From the NCBI GenBank assembly GCA_010093995.1, contig ML992513.1:617203-681202 (forward strand): a stretch of 64,000 nucleotides of DNA, read 5' to 3'. The notes below the pieces were generated by a model. That model was given only the letters and a program-made list of their open reading frames with translations. It was not told where the DNA came from and ran no database searches. The DNA comes from Elsinoe ampelina (taxonomy: Eukaryota). This document shows positions 37,066-48,104 of this stretch, one piece after another. The number at the start of each line of letters is the position of its first letter. Position 1 is the first letter of the stretch. A program made the position numbers and the translations under genes.

Positions 37066-38924
37066 ATGATGATTTGGAGATCAGTGTCTCTGGTCTGTTT
37101 GACCATCCTCGGAACGACATTTGCCTTACCGCAGAGCGAGCGTCCATCAACTCCTGAATAGTATGACTGATGAAGTCGGCGGCAACTTGCATCAGCTAAC
37201 CAGCAACAGTGAAGTGATAGTCGTCGGTGGGGGAGCGTCTGGCATCATAGCTGCAACCCGCTTCGCCGAAGCTGGACTAAAGACTCTCCTACTGGAAAGC
37301 GGCGGCCCATTCTTTGCTAGAGATGGGGGTCAAGCAATTCAACCATGGCAGAAACTCATTGACCCAAACACCACCATCACTCGGCACGACGGCATGGGTT
37401 TCTTCTTCTTCGGTCTGCCAACCGGTCCTGGTGCATCGGCATTCTACGACAGTTCTGTACCAGCCCTTGCACCCAAAGGTCTTGGGGGCGGCACTGGTGT
37501 GAATGGTGCCCAACAGTTCTGGCCACCAAGGAGATACCTCGACAAATACTTTGGCTTCCAAGGGTGGACCGCAAATGATTTCCAGCCTGCATTGAGGAGA
37601 GTGGAGCGCCGCATACCAACTACGCCAGCTATCTCTGCAGACGGCAAGGCAGGTGCATTAAGCCGTTGGTAGAAGCTCAAGCTGACAATAGCAGTTCTAC
37701 GGCGACGAAGTGTACGAGGTCATGCGCCCTGTCTTCGAAGGTCTCGGCTTCAAGGAAGTTGACACGAACGTCGACGTTGATGAGAAGTGGAACACATTTG
37801 GTCGTGACATCTTTGCCACGAAAGATGGTCTTCGAAGCGGTCCAGTGGTTGGATACCTCCAAGATGCCAAACGCTTGCCCAACTTCACCGTCATGATGTA
37901 CAGTAGGGTGGACACCATCATCCGCGACCCTCAGCGGCCGTCCGTCGCCACTGGCGTCCAGGTGAATGGCACAGTCATCACTGGCCGTAACATCGTTGTC
38001 GCTGCTGGAGCATGGAATACATCTCCCTTGCTACTCCGATCTGGTATAGGACCCCGAGAAGAGCTGGTGAACGCAGTCAGCACGAAGTATACTTCAGTCT
38101 CCGAGGATCAATGGGTCGTGAATACCTGGGTCGCAAGGAATCTGCACGATCACCCGACTACTTCTGTCACCTTCGTCGCTGATGACCCTTCCCGCCTACC
38201 AAACAACGACCTCACTGGCCTGTTCAATGGTACCGTCAGCCGTCAAGATGCCGAAGACCTGCACTTCCGACGGATCGGTCGTCTCACCAATTTTGGCCGT
38301 CAGCAAGCAGCATGGCTTGGTGTTGAGGACCCCAGCAACCCCGAGCATGAGATTGTGGTACAGCTGATCTGCTCCACGCCGACCACTATTGCTGGTCGCT
38401 TCCAGTGCCAGTTTAACCTGAACGAGGGTATTCTCAGTCGCGGTGGCATCACGATCCTGAGCAATGGCACCGTCGGTCACCTCGGCGGCGTCGGACCATG
38501 GTTGACAGATCCTGAAGGTAAAGATCTTGAGCTGTACACTATCGCGCTGGAGCGATTTGTTACTTTCGCTCGCAGCGTTCCGGGTCTCTCCGTTGTGGCA
38601 CCACTCGGTAATGCAACAACCACGGCGCAGTTCAGACAGCATCTGCTTGACAATGCTCGTCGAACGAACAACCGTAAGCAGTTTCCTGATGACAGCTGGA
38701 CGAGACTAACATGTCTAGATTGGGGCGGTGGATGTGCTCTTGGGCCTTCGCCGGAGACGGCCTGTGCGGATCTCAATGCCAAGATCTATGGTACTGACAA
38801 CATCTTTGTTGTGGATGGATCTCTTACACCAGCTCCGACAACATCGAATTCGGCGTATTTGTACGAAGGTGTTGCAGAGCTCGCTTCGGACAAGATTATG
38901 AGGTTGATTCGCAGAGGTTATTGA
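37066..38924 (+). CDS. Secreted GMC oxidoreductase, cellobiose-dehydrogenase flavin-domain-like (AA3_1), without cytochrome domain
   Basis: Signal peptide MMIWRSVSLVCLTILGTTFA; YEVIVVGGGASG (FAD), LGGGTGVNG, LLRSGIGP, NLHDHP, NHW (after splicing), NIFVVDGS..PTTSN. Introns 37161-37209, 37649-37694 (GC-AG) and 38674-38718. Confidence 0.85.
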
Positions 38925-39376
38925 GACTGCCCATTGTGGGTAGTTGTAGGCGTGTACTTAAAACATGCGTATCAGTGAATTCCCAGCTGCATGGAATCTG
39001 CTGTCATTTCGCTTCTCGAACACATTTGAATTTAGAAACCATCTTATTATTTTCTTGGCCTCTTGTCCTACACGCAGAATTCGGTTGATAGTCGGCATCT
39101 CCCTGAGCTTTGAAATTGAATCATTTAATCTGCGGTATGGAAATGTCATGGATGAGGGCACGTCGTCGGAAGCATCACCCGAACAGCCGAAGCGCGATGA
39201 CGATCTCCCGCCAAGGACCGCAGCTTGGGATGAAGATGTGGTTGCATTGCGTGGACATCTCAGGCTACAACAATGTTTTCTTGATTCAAATTCGCCATAG
39301 CCCTGAGCTGTACAAACGACTATCCTGAATGAGCGCTGCATTTCCGATAATCAATCCTCCTGATCAACCTCGGCGC

Positions 39377-42300
39377 ATGAGCACGAACATGGCGCTTCAT
39401 ACTTCGAGAAACGTCGACTTGGGCAAGTAGGTGTTGAGAGAAGGACGTGTGAGGGGTATCGCTGATTGTGCGTCAGGTCCGAGTCGGATCTTGCGATTGT
39501 TGTCAAAAAGGCCACTAGTCCAGGTATGAATTGGGATGTTCATAGCTACTAAGCACGATTGCTAACCTCTCCAACAGAGGAGACCGCGCCGAAGAGTACG
39601 ATGCCCATAAGCGCAAGCGAAGAAACCCGATTGACACGGTACAGGAAAGCATGTTCGGAGCAGTATTGTCTACACATGGGACCACAAGAGCTCGGCCTCC
39701 TTCTGGTCGGCTATGAAAGTGTATGGAGAACACCCCAGCCGCCAGCGACAACATGATTGACGGGAAGCAGACAACCTATACTAGCGGATGAAGTTCAGAC
39801 ATTCAAAGCTCTCATCACGGTACACAAGGTGATGCAGGAAGGCCACCCTATAGTGCTCAAAGATGCCCAAGCCAACGTCAACTGGATCGAGAGTCTGTCG
39901 CGCGGCATGCCGGGCGGCATGGGAGGAGGCGGTATGATGGGAGACGGCATGAGAGGATACGCTTCATTGATCCAGGAATACGTGTTCTTCCTTATCCAGA
40001 AGCTGACCTTCCACCGCACACATCCCGAGTTCAATGGTACATTCGAGTATGAAGAGTACATCAGCTTGAAGTCGATCAACGATCCGAATGAGGGCTACGA
40101 GACGATTACAGACCTCATGACACTGCAGGATCAGATCGAGACATTCCAAAAGCTCATCTTTGCTTCTTTCCGGCCCGGGACGAATAACGAGTGCCGGATG
40201 GCTGCTTTGGTACCTCTGATTGCGGAGAGCTACGGTATCTACAAGTTCATCACGAGCATGCTTCGAGCCATGTTCACAAGTGCGGATTGCCTCTTTCCTG
40301 GAAGATTCAAGACTAACACATCCCAGCTCTTGGCGAAGACGAAGCACTGAAACCTCTCCACGAGCGATACAACGCGCAACACTACCGACTTGTCAAGTTT
40401 TATTACGAGTGCTCGAATCTTCGATACGTCACGAGCTTACATCCCGTGCCGAAGCTACCACAAGATCCGCCGAACCTCCTTCAAGAAGACGAAAACGCCC
40501 CTGCTCTACCCGCAAGACCAAGGGGTGAGGTCACCAAGCCAGTAACGCCTCCGCCAAAGACAGCACCCGATCCGGAGCCGATCAACGAGTTTTGGAAGAA
40601 TGAGCAAGCGCGACAACAGGAAGAGTTCGAAGCAGAACAACGGCGATTGCAGGCACAGTACGATGAGGCTCAGAGGCTTCAGCAACAGCAGGAGCTACAA
40701 CGGCAAAGAGACTTTGAGGAACAGCAGAGACTTCAAGCTGAGCAGCAAAGGCTCGCGCAGGATCAGCTCATGCGCGACCAGTACGCACAACAGACACAAG
40801 GCAGGATGGCGGAGCTTGAGCGGGAAAATCTCAATGCGCGAGCACAGTACGAGCGCGATCAGCTAATGCTTCAGCAATTCGATCAGCGTGTCAAATCGCT
40901 AGAGGCGGAGTTGGCACAGCTCGGCCACAACTTCCAGCAACAGTCACAATCGAAGGATGAGCAGATCCGAGCACTGCAGGAACAGATCAACACATGGCGA
41001 TCGAAATACGAGGCTCTGGCGAAGCTGTACTCGCAATTGCGACACGAGCATCTTGAGCTTCTGCAGAAGTTCAAGAGCGTCCAGTTGAAGGCGGCATCGG
41101 CACAGGAAGCCATAGATAGGCGGGAGAAGCTAGAGCGTGAGCTCAAGACGAAGAACCTGGAGCTGGCGGACATGATTCGGGAGCGAGATAGAGCATACCA
41201 TGACCGGGATCGAACCACTGGCGGACACAAAGATGAGCTGGAGAAGCTCAAGCGGGAGCTCCGATTTGCTCTCGAGAAGGCCGAGAATGCCGAACGCAGC
41301 AAAGGCTCGGATCTGTCAGCGATGCTGTCACGGCACAACAGAGAGATTGCAGATCTCGAAGAAGCCTTGCGCAACAAGACCCGCTCGCTAGACGACATGC
41401 AGATGAAGTTCCGAGAAGGCGACAGCGATCTCGAAAGACTTCTTCGCGAGAAGGATGAAGAGCTTGAGATCGTCAAAGCTGGCCTTGATCAAGCGCTGAT
41501 GGAGCTGAATGAGCTCCGAAATGGCGGCACCGATACAGACAAAGCGATGGACGAGCAGATTGATGTCATGCTTCTCGAGAACATTCGCAAGATTGGCGAG
41601 CTCATCGACTCCGTACTACAATCTGGTGTGCAAAGAGTGGACGATGCGATGTATGAGCTGGAGTCAAACATGATTGCTGGTAATCAGAATGCCTCTGGTC
41701 CATTCGTGCTTTCGCAAATTGAGAAGGCTGCATCTTCAGCAATGGAGTTCTCGACTGCCTTCAACAACTTCATCGCAGATGGTCCTGCTGCGAACCATGC
41801 CGATGTCATCCGGACAGTCAACAGCTTTTCTGGAGCTATTGCAGACGTTCTATCAAACACGAAAGGTCTCACCCGCTTTGCATCAGACGACAAGAAGGGC
41901 GACCAGCTCATCAATGCTGCCAGACAGGCTGCCACCTCGACAGTCGGCTTCTTCCGATCCATCCAGTCTTATCGACTTGAAGGTCTAGACGACTTGCAGA
42001 AGACTGACGTGGTCATCTCTAAGAACAACGACGTTCAGGTCAATCTCAACCAGCTATCCAAGCTTGCCGATGCATTCGCACCAAAGAGCAAGCTCACAAA
42101 TCAGTCTGGAGACATTGGCGAGTTGGTGGATCAAGAGATGTCCAATGCCGCAAAGGCCATTGAGGCTGCCACTGATCGTTTGAACAAGCTCATGAACAAG
42201 CCACGCGACCAGTACAGCACCTACGAGCTCAAGATCCACGACAGCATCCTCGAAGCCGCCATTGCTGTCACAAACGCCATCGCACGACTCATCAAGGCGG

Positions 42301-42877
42301 CCACAGACAGTCAGCGGGAGATCGTCAAAGAAGGTAGGGCTGGAAGCATGTCTGCCTCACAATTCTACAAGAAGAACAATCGCTGGACGGAAGGTCTCAT
42401 CTCTGCGGCCAAGGCTGTGGCGACGTCGACGAACATGCTCATCGAAACTGCCGACGGTGTCATCTCCGGCCGTAACTCGCCAGAACAGCTCATCGTTGCG
42501 TCCAACGACGTGGCAGCCTCGACCGCACAGCTTGTGGCGGCCAGCAGGGTCAAAGCTTCATTCATGTCGAAGACGCAAGAGAGATTGGAAGAGGCCAGCA
42601 AGGCTGTGACTGGCGCTTGTAGGAGCTTGGTGAAACAGGTGCAAGCTATCATTCAGAGCAAGATGAATGGTGGCGAGATGGAAGATTATGGCAAGTTGAG
42701 CGAGCACGACTTTAAGATTAGGCAGATGGAGCAGCAGGTAAGCGGTTCCCAATCCGTTTTACTTTCGAGGATGCTAATCAGAAACAGGTCGAGATCTTGC
42801 AGCTCGAAAACTCACTATCAGCGGCCAGACACAGGTTGGGTGAGATGAGGAAGATCAGTTACCAGGAGGAAGATTAG
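39377..42877 (+). CDS. SLA2: Endocytic adaptor Sla2/End4 (ANTH, coiled coil, THATCH/I-LWEQ)
   Basis: KKATSPEETAPKRKHVR (spliced), DEVQTFKALITVHKV, FNGTFEYEEYISL, WRSKYEALAKLYSQLR, FYKKNNRWTEGLISAAKAVA, VAASTAQLVAASRVKA. Several short 5' introns including an 18-nt exon at 39578-39595. Last intron at about 42738-42788. Confidence 0.97.
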
Positions 42878-43323
42878 GGAGGTAAGCAAGGATGCCGGAA
42901 AGCTCCGTCGGTGCTAGGCTGCTTGGGAATAAGGCGCGGCATAGGCGTGGAGGAATTGTCGATACCATTCTGTCTTCGTGTAGCTTAGCGACAAAATATA
43001 TCATGACACTCTGGGTGGCAATCTGCACTGCGTTACGATCTGTGGATCATTTGAGCCTCAGACGGCAGGTCTAGACGAGATGTCTTGGCATGGCATGTCA
43101 GGCCGACAACCTGTCATGTTGGTGGCCCTTGATCTGTCTCCTCCTCTCCACACATTACTCACGACAAGGATCTTACTCAGTCCACCGCGCCCTATTCGCT
43201 GCGGACCGAACAGACCAATCAAAAAAGTGCCTCGCCAGCGACCCTTCCTGGCTCAGGGACCACATCTTGACCCGCAAACCTCAACTCCCAACCTGCCACA
43301 CCTTCTCCCCAAACACAACCACA

Positions 43324-43776
43324 ATGTCCGTCCCAATCAACATCACCAAAAAGGCCCCCTCCTCGTCGTCCCCGTCTTCCTCCGGCACCCCGGCCAAACC
43401 AGCCTACTTCTCCAACGGCCGCGCCCTCTCCTCCCCTCCCCTCTCCGCCCGCGCCAAATCCCTCCTCAGCACAATCTACTGCTTCATCGGGCTGTACCTG
43501 ACCACTTTGTTCTCGCTGGACAGCACGGCGGCGGCGCAGGGGAGTCCGTTTGCCAAGAGCAGGGGTGGGGGGACACAGGGGAGGGGGAGTTTTCCGAAGC
43601 CGACGTTCTGGGGAGGGAGTGGGGGTGGAGGGGGAGGGGATGGGAGGGGCCCGGGAGGAGGGGGGAGCGGAGGTGGGAATGGGAAGGGCTGGTTTGGTGG
43701 GGCTGGAGGGGGTGGGGGGAAGAAATTGGGGACGGTGGATGGGGTGAGGGGGCCGGAGTGTGGGAGTTGTCAGTAG
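43324..43776 (+). CDS. Selenoprotein K/SelG-like ER membrane protein (Cys version)
   Basis: AYFSNGRAL, one TM-like helix (TIYCFIGLYLTTLFSL), Gly-rich linker, KKLGTVDGVRGP and a terminal CGSCQ*, which is the SelK/SelG architecture. Confidence 0.75.
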   Translation: MSVPINITKKAPSSSSPSSSGTPAKPAYFSNGRALSSPPLSARAKSLLSTIYCFIGLYLTTLFSLDSTAAAQGSPFAKSRGGGTQGRGSFPKPTFWGGSGGGGGGDGRGPGGGGSGGGNGKGWFGGAGGGGGKKLGTVDGVRGPECGSCQ

Positions 43777-45333
43777 GATGGGATTGATAACATTGGGGAT
43801 GCAATGATACTGGGATTGCGGTTAATCAAAGTCTTCTGAGCCATTGGACTCGTTCTGCTTGTGAGGTGCCGGCGTTCTTGTGGGATGTCGTCTTCTTGCG
43901 TGTTATTAGGTCAAATAAGTCGCCGCCAGCGTCTCTTGGGACGTTCGCCAGGGACTAGCATGATTGCCCATGATCGCCTTGAGGGCTTTTCACAAAGATA
44001 CTGAACAGGCCACGATCGTCGTAGCGTTACGTTAATTGTTGACGCCTCTGCCGGTCGTTCCATTACAAGCCTTGCAACCATGCTGTGTCTTCTGCTTGAC
44101 TCGATATTTGAGACACCCATGTCTGGACAGCTCGTAAGGGCATGGTAACATCAACTATTCCATAACAATGACGATCATGGCAAGTACCGCGAGCTGAAAA
44201 TAGAGTATAGACGGGATATGAGAAGGAGCTGGGCTGAGAATAACAATTTCCCTACCCGGCTACCTGGCGTCGCAGTAGGCCCAAGTGTTTCGACCATCCC
44301 GTCTCTCGGCATCTCCAGACGAACGATCGACGATTCAATAGGGACCTTCCGGTGCCTGAGCGCTGGGTGAAGGAGAGATGTTGTGACATTTCAGCCTTGT
44401 CGGTTAAAGTTTGCGGGAGGGAGTTGCCGATCAACTCCATCCTCTTCTTCAACCTCACTCCATTGAACCTTGTTCACTGGTCATGTTTCTGATATTGCTG
44501 ACAGGCCATGCGGCTTGGTCGTATGGGCAGCGCATGTGTCGTGACATGTGCTTGACACCCAACGGTAAGTGATCGCTTGAAGGCGACCTGGTAAGCAGAC
44601 ATGCGGAGATGGCAATGCCAATATTTCCTTGAAGACTTCTTGTGGGCTCTGATCGACTTGCTTTCCTTTATTTGCAGCCATCTCCATATTGAGCGGTATT
44701 CGGCCCGGTCTTGCATGCTAGAGAGACGGCAGAGTGCCCGTACGAACCGTCGAGGCTCAATGTCAGACCAACCACCAACAACCTGCTCTCAACGTCATGG
44801 GCGGGATAGTGACAGGTTTGTGCCACATCCTGGAGCTCCTACATGCAGAATACAGGGGAGTCGGTATGGTCTGGTCGGAAACTTGTCATGGCCTTGAACT
44901 CTAAGGAATGTATGTTTCGTATAGGTACTTGTACATGAAAGTTCTCCGTGGAGGCACGCCTGTCGACCTTGGCCGCGGGAGGGCAAACCGCGCCTTACAC
45001 TTCTGTCCGTTCTAGACGTGGAAGGACTTTGGCCACCTGTATAAGCTAGGCGAACCAGTCTCGCCTTCTCATCTATCTTCGGCGACTTTACGGCACACCT
45101 GTATCAGCAGCCATTTGGCCTCTCCTACACAAGCGCCTAATACATCTACACACTCGCTTGGCAGAAGAAGGTATACGTTACCTTGGGACGTTATCTAGTA
45201 CGATGGGAAGGTATAAGACAGAGCACACTGTTCGTGAAATATCAGTCCATCATCAACAACCACAACATCCAACATTCACCAGTAAGAACCAACCAGCACC
45301 AAAACAACTACATCCAGTCTCCAAAACGACAAC

Positions 45334-45795
45334 ATGAAGACCACTACCACCACCCTCATCGCCTCCCTCCTCGCTTTCGCCTCCGCCGGACCATTCAGCC
45401 AACAAAAGCCAGGCACCACCACAGACCCCGGCCTCGTCGGCAAAGTCGGCCAGCCCAGCAACTTCCTTGGCCCATCCCCCAACAAGGCCGGCGAAGCCGG
45501 AGGCGAAGGTGTGGGACAGGCCACAAGCTTCGGCGGCGGTTCCGGACCCGGCATTGGACCCACGTTCGGACAGCAAGCGGTCCCGGTCGCCGCAGCCGGA
45601 TTGCAAGTCGGTGCTGGGAAGTCGGTGAGTGAACCGGAAGGAGTCTGATGATGGAAGGCTACTGACGCGGTGCAGTTCGAGCATTCAGTGGCGAATGCGA
45701 ATGCGAATGGACAATTCAAACATGATCCTATCCCGCCGGGGACGAATACCTACACCGAAACCCCTGAGTTTTCGGGAAGTGGGACGAAGCCATAG
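45334..45795 (+). CDS. Small secreted Gly/Pro-rich protein
   Basis: Signal peptide MKTTTTTLIASLLAFASA. Intron 45625-45675 (GTGAGT..CTGAC..CAG) continues to FEHSVANANANG..GTKP*. TATA box (TATAAG) at ~45213 and a CA-rich 5' UTR. Confidence 0.75.
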
Positions 45796-46672
45796 TAGGA
45801 GATGTTTCTCTGGAGCCCTATCGGGAGATGGACCTGGTGGGTAGATGACGGTGGATCTTCGGGGGAAATATGATATACAGGACATGGGTTCAAACTCTGA
45901 CAGAGCCGGGGTTGAACGGCACTGCCACTATAGAAGGTCTTGAGACGGCGTTCGGGAGCACGAATATATCTGTTGGAAACTCAATGCTGGTCTGGAGGCT
46001 CCACTGGCAGCAAATGAAGGCGAATACGCTTCAAATCCTCCTTCTCAAGCATCACGTCGCCCTTTTTACTTTCCTCCTTCTGTAGTGCTGTCACTTTATC
46101 ATCTCGTTCGTGAAGGCGCCGACACTATCTCGGCATAAGTTGCGCGACAAGAAGACTAAGTCACTTTACTGGTTCACATTGACAAGTACCCTTGATCGTG
46201 ATAGAGGGAATTTCGAGCTTCACGAGCCACAATGAAGAGGAAGCTACCATTCAGAGAAAGAAAGACAGCAGGTCTGGTTTCTCCCATCACCCGCTTGCCG
46301 TTCCCAGACTGGGGCTGCGTCACGAGGTGTTCCCCACATGGCATCCGATGTGCTGGCGTTCCAACAACCAATCGCACACCCCCCCGGACGCTTGCGCTAG
46401 TCGCTAGACAAAACTTGTATCTGTCTAGAGCAGGCAGCAGCCCTGAACAAGCTCAAATACAAGAGGTCAAGCTGGCCCAACAATAATCCTCGTACAGCTG
46501 TTGCCATGTGTCAGACCAGTATTTCCACGACCATATTCAAATGTGGTCACAGGGTCCAACAGTTCGTAGGCACAACGATGTGTCATACCGCGCAAAGGTC
46601 GGGACGACCGTGTCGAAACATCCCCACCCGTGAAATCGGATCCACACGAAAGAAGGAGAAGTGTCCAAGGTG

Positions 46673-47566
46673 TCAATAGGCTTTACTTGATGTGTTGACA
46701 TCGAGACAAGATCCGTGAGTGCACGATGCAAGACTGGAACCTAAGACTAGCAAGTCATTAATGGAGCTGACTTCACATCTCCAGCAGGCTTGGATCATTC
46801 GATGACAGAGCAGGTGCTCGGTATCTGGGAAATCGCGTTTCGAGAACAGGATCTCCACCTCTTCGTCGTCCAGATCGTGGTAAGGGGCACTCCCCGTGGC
46901 AATTTCATATAGGGTGGAACCGACGGCAAACAAGTCAGTCTTTATCGTGGAGGATTCTTCAAAGCTGCGCGGTAGGCAATGGCGGACGCCTTCCATGGCG
47001 CTTCCAGGCTTTCCAGGTGTAGATGACCCAGAAAAATCGATAACTCGTAGTCTGCAATCCCGATCAAGAAGGAAGTTTTCTGCTTTTATGTCACCATGAA
47101 CGATGTCATGCGCATGCAGCAAGCTGATGGATTCCAAGACATCCATGATCCACTGCACCCTCCAAGCATTGTCGATTACGGTATCTTTCCGCATCAGATA
47201 ATCTTTCAAGTTGCCGCACGGCATGTATTCCATAGTCAGGCCTTCTTCACGGCGAAACGCATAGACCCGTAAAAGCCTTGGATGTGTCCCCAATTGCTGA
47301 TAGATTCGGTATTCATGTTCGATCTCATCGAGACTAGTTTGTCGCAGCGGAGAGGCTGGGTACGGAGCCTTGAGGACCATGTGATCAGAGAGAAGCTCGA
47401 CTCTTGCCGTGGACCCTCCAGAGACGATGACTTTATCGCCATCATAGAGTAGCTCTACCTCCTCGTTGTTCCTTAGGTTCAGGGAATTATCTGGAGCAAC
47501 GTCCTCAACGCTGCAATCCACTTCCATTACGCCATGATCATCTCGAAGTCCCATGGCGAGGCGCAT
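46673..47566 (-). CDS. Intronless protein kinase of a fungal expanded family
   Basis: VSGGSTARV, VLKAP, EYRIYQQLGTHPRL, MEYMPCGNL, VHGDIKAENFLLD, IDFSGS, TDLFAVGSTLYEIATG..PY. Confidence 0.9.
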   Translation of the reverse strand: MRLAMGLRDDHGVMEVDCSVEDVAPDNSLNLRNNEEVELLYDGDKVIVSGGSTARVELLSDHMVLKAPYPASPLRQTSLDEIEHEYRIYQQLGTHPRLLRVYAFRREEGLTMEYMPCGNLKDYLMRKDTVIDNAWRVQWIMDVLESISLLHAHDIVHGDIKAENFLLDRDCRLRVIDFSGSSTPGKPGSAMEGVRHCLPRSFEESSTIKTDLFAVGSTLYEIATGSAPYHDLDDEEVEILFSKRDFPDTEHLLCHRMIQACWRCEVSSINDLLVLGSSLASCTHGSCLDVNTSSKAY

Positions 47567-47936
47567 TCCGGCAGACTCTGATCAAGTCAAATATCGGTTG
47601 TTTCCCCAAGCTCTTAGCAAGTCAACGTGATCCTTGTTCAGCTTCAGTCGGCGCCTACGGTATCGCGGAGGCGTGGGGACATGCCGGAAAGCCTGATTCG
47701 TATGACCAATGGGAGGAGAAAATTCGTGAGCCGGAGAATTGCTGCACTTGATGAGGGTGTCTACATCGGTAGCGCCAAGTTGACGCTAGGTGAATGGAAT
47801 ACAAATCATTATAAGTAGAGAGTCTTATCAAGGGACGTGTGATTCATAAAGAGCGCCGTAATGATGACCGATCACCCTCTATATACATATTCGGCGCGAG
47901 AACGAGAACGAAGAACGAGCGAGTTTCTAGCAAGAA

Positions 47937-47948
47937 TTAGGGTTAGGG
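47937..47948 (+). promoter_or_regulatory. Interstitial telomeric dimer TTAGGGTTAGGG (possible telobox site)
   Basis: Two exact TTAGGG units in the divergent intergenic region, close to a TATATA at ~47879. Confidence 0.3.
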
Positions 47949-48012
47949 TCACATGTCAATGCCAAGCGCGCCGGGGTCGCGTGTTCACAAGTAGCTTGCC
48001 TTCTGGCTTGCG

Positions 48013-48104
48013 CATCGACATATCACTCTCTATGCGCCTCCTTCTCGTGGCTTGTTCATCGACATATCACTCCCCATTCATTCAACGCGCCTCCTTCTCG
48101 TGGC
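48013..48104. repeat. Imperfect direct duplication upstream of an ORF
   Basis: CATCGACATATCACTC at 48013 and 48057; GCGCCTCCTTCTCGTGGC at 48034 and 48087. Confidence 0.85.

Noticed and set aside
43774..43900. Selenocysteine recoding or SECIS after the SelK-like ORF
   Set aside because: The stop is TAG, Cys occupies the terminal position and no SECIS-like hairpin was evident.
43850..45100. Minus-strand fragments such as DQSPQEVFKEILAL as a ninth F-box-like pseudogene
   Set aside because: The resemblance is too short and degenerate to support without a profile search.
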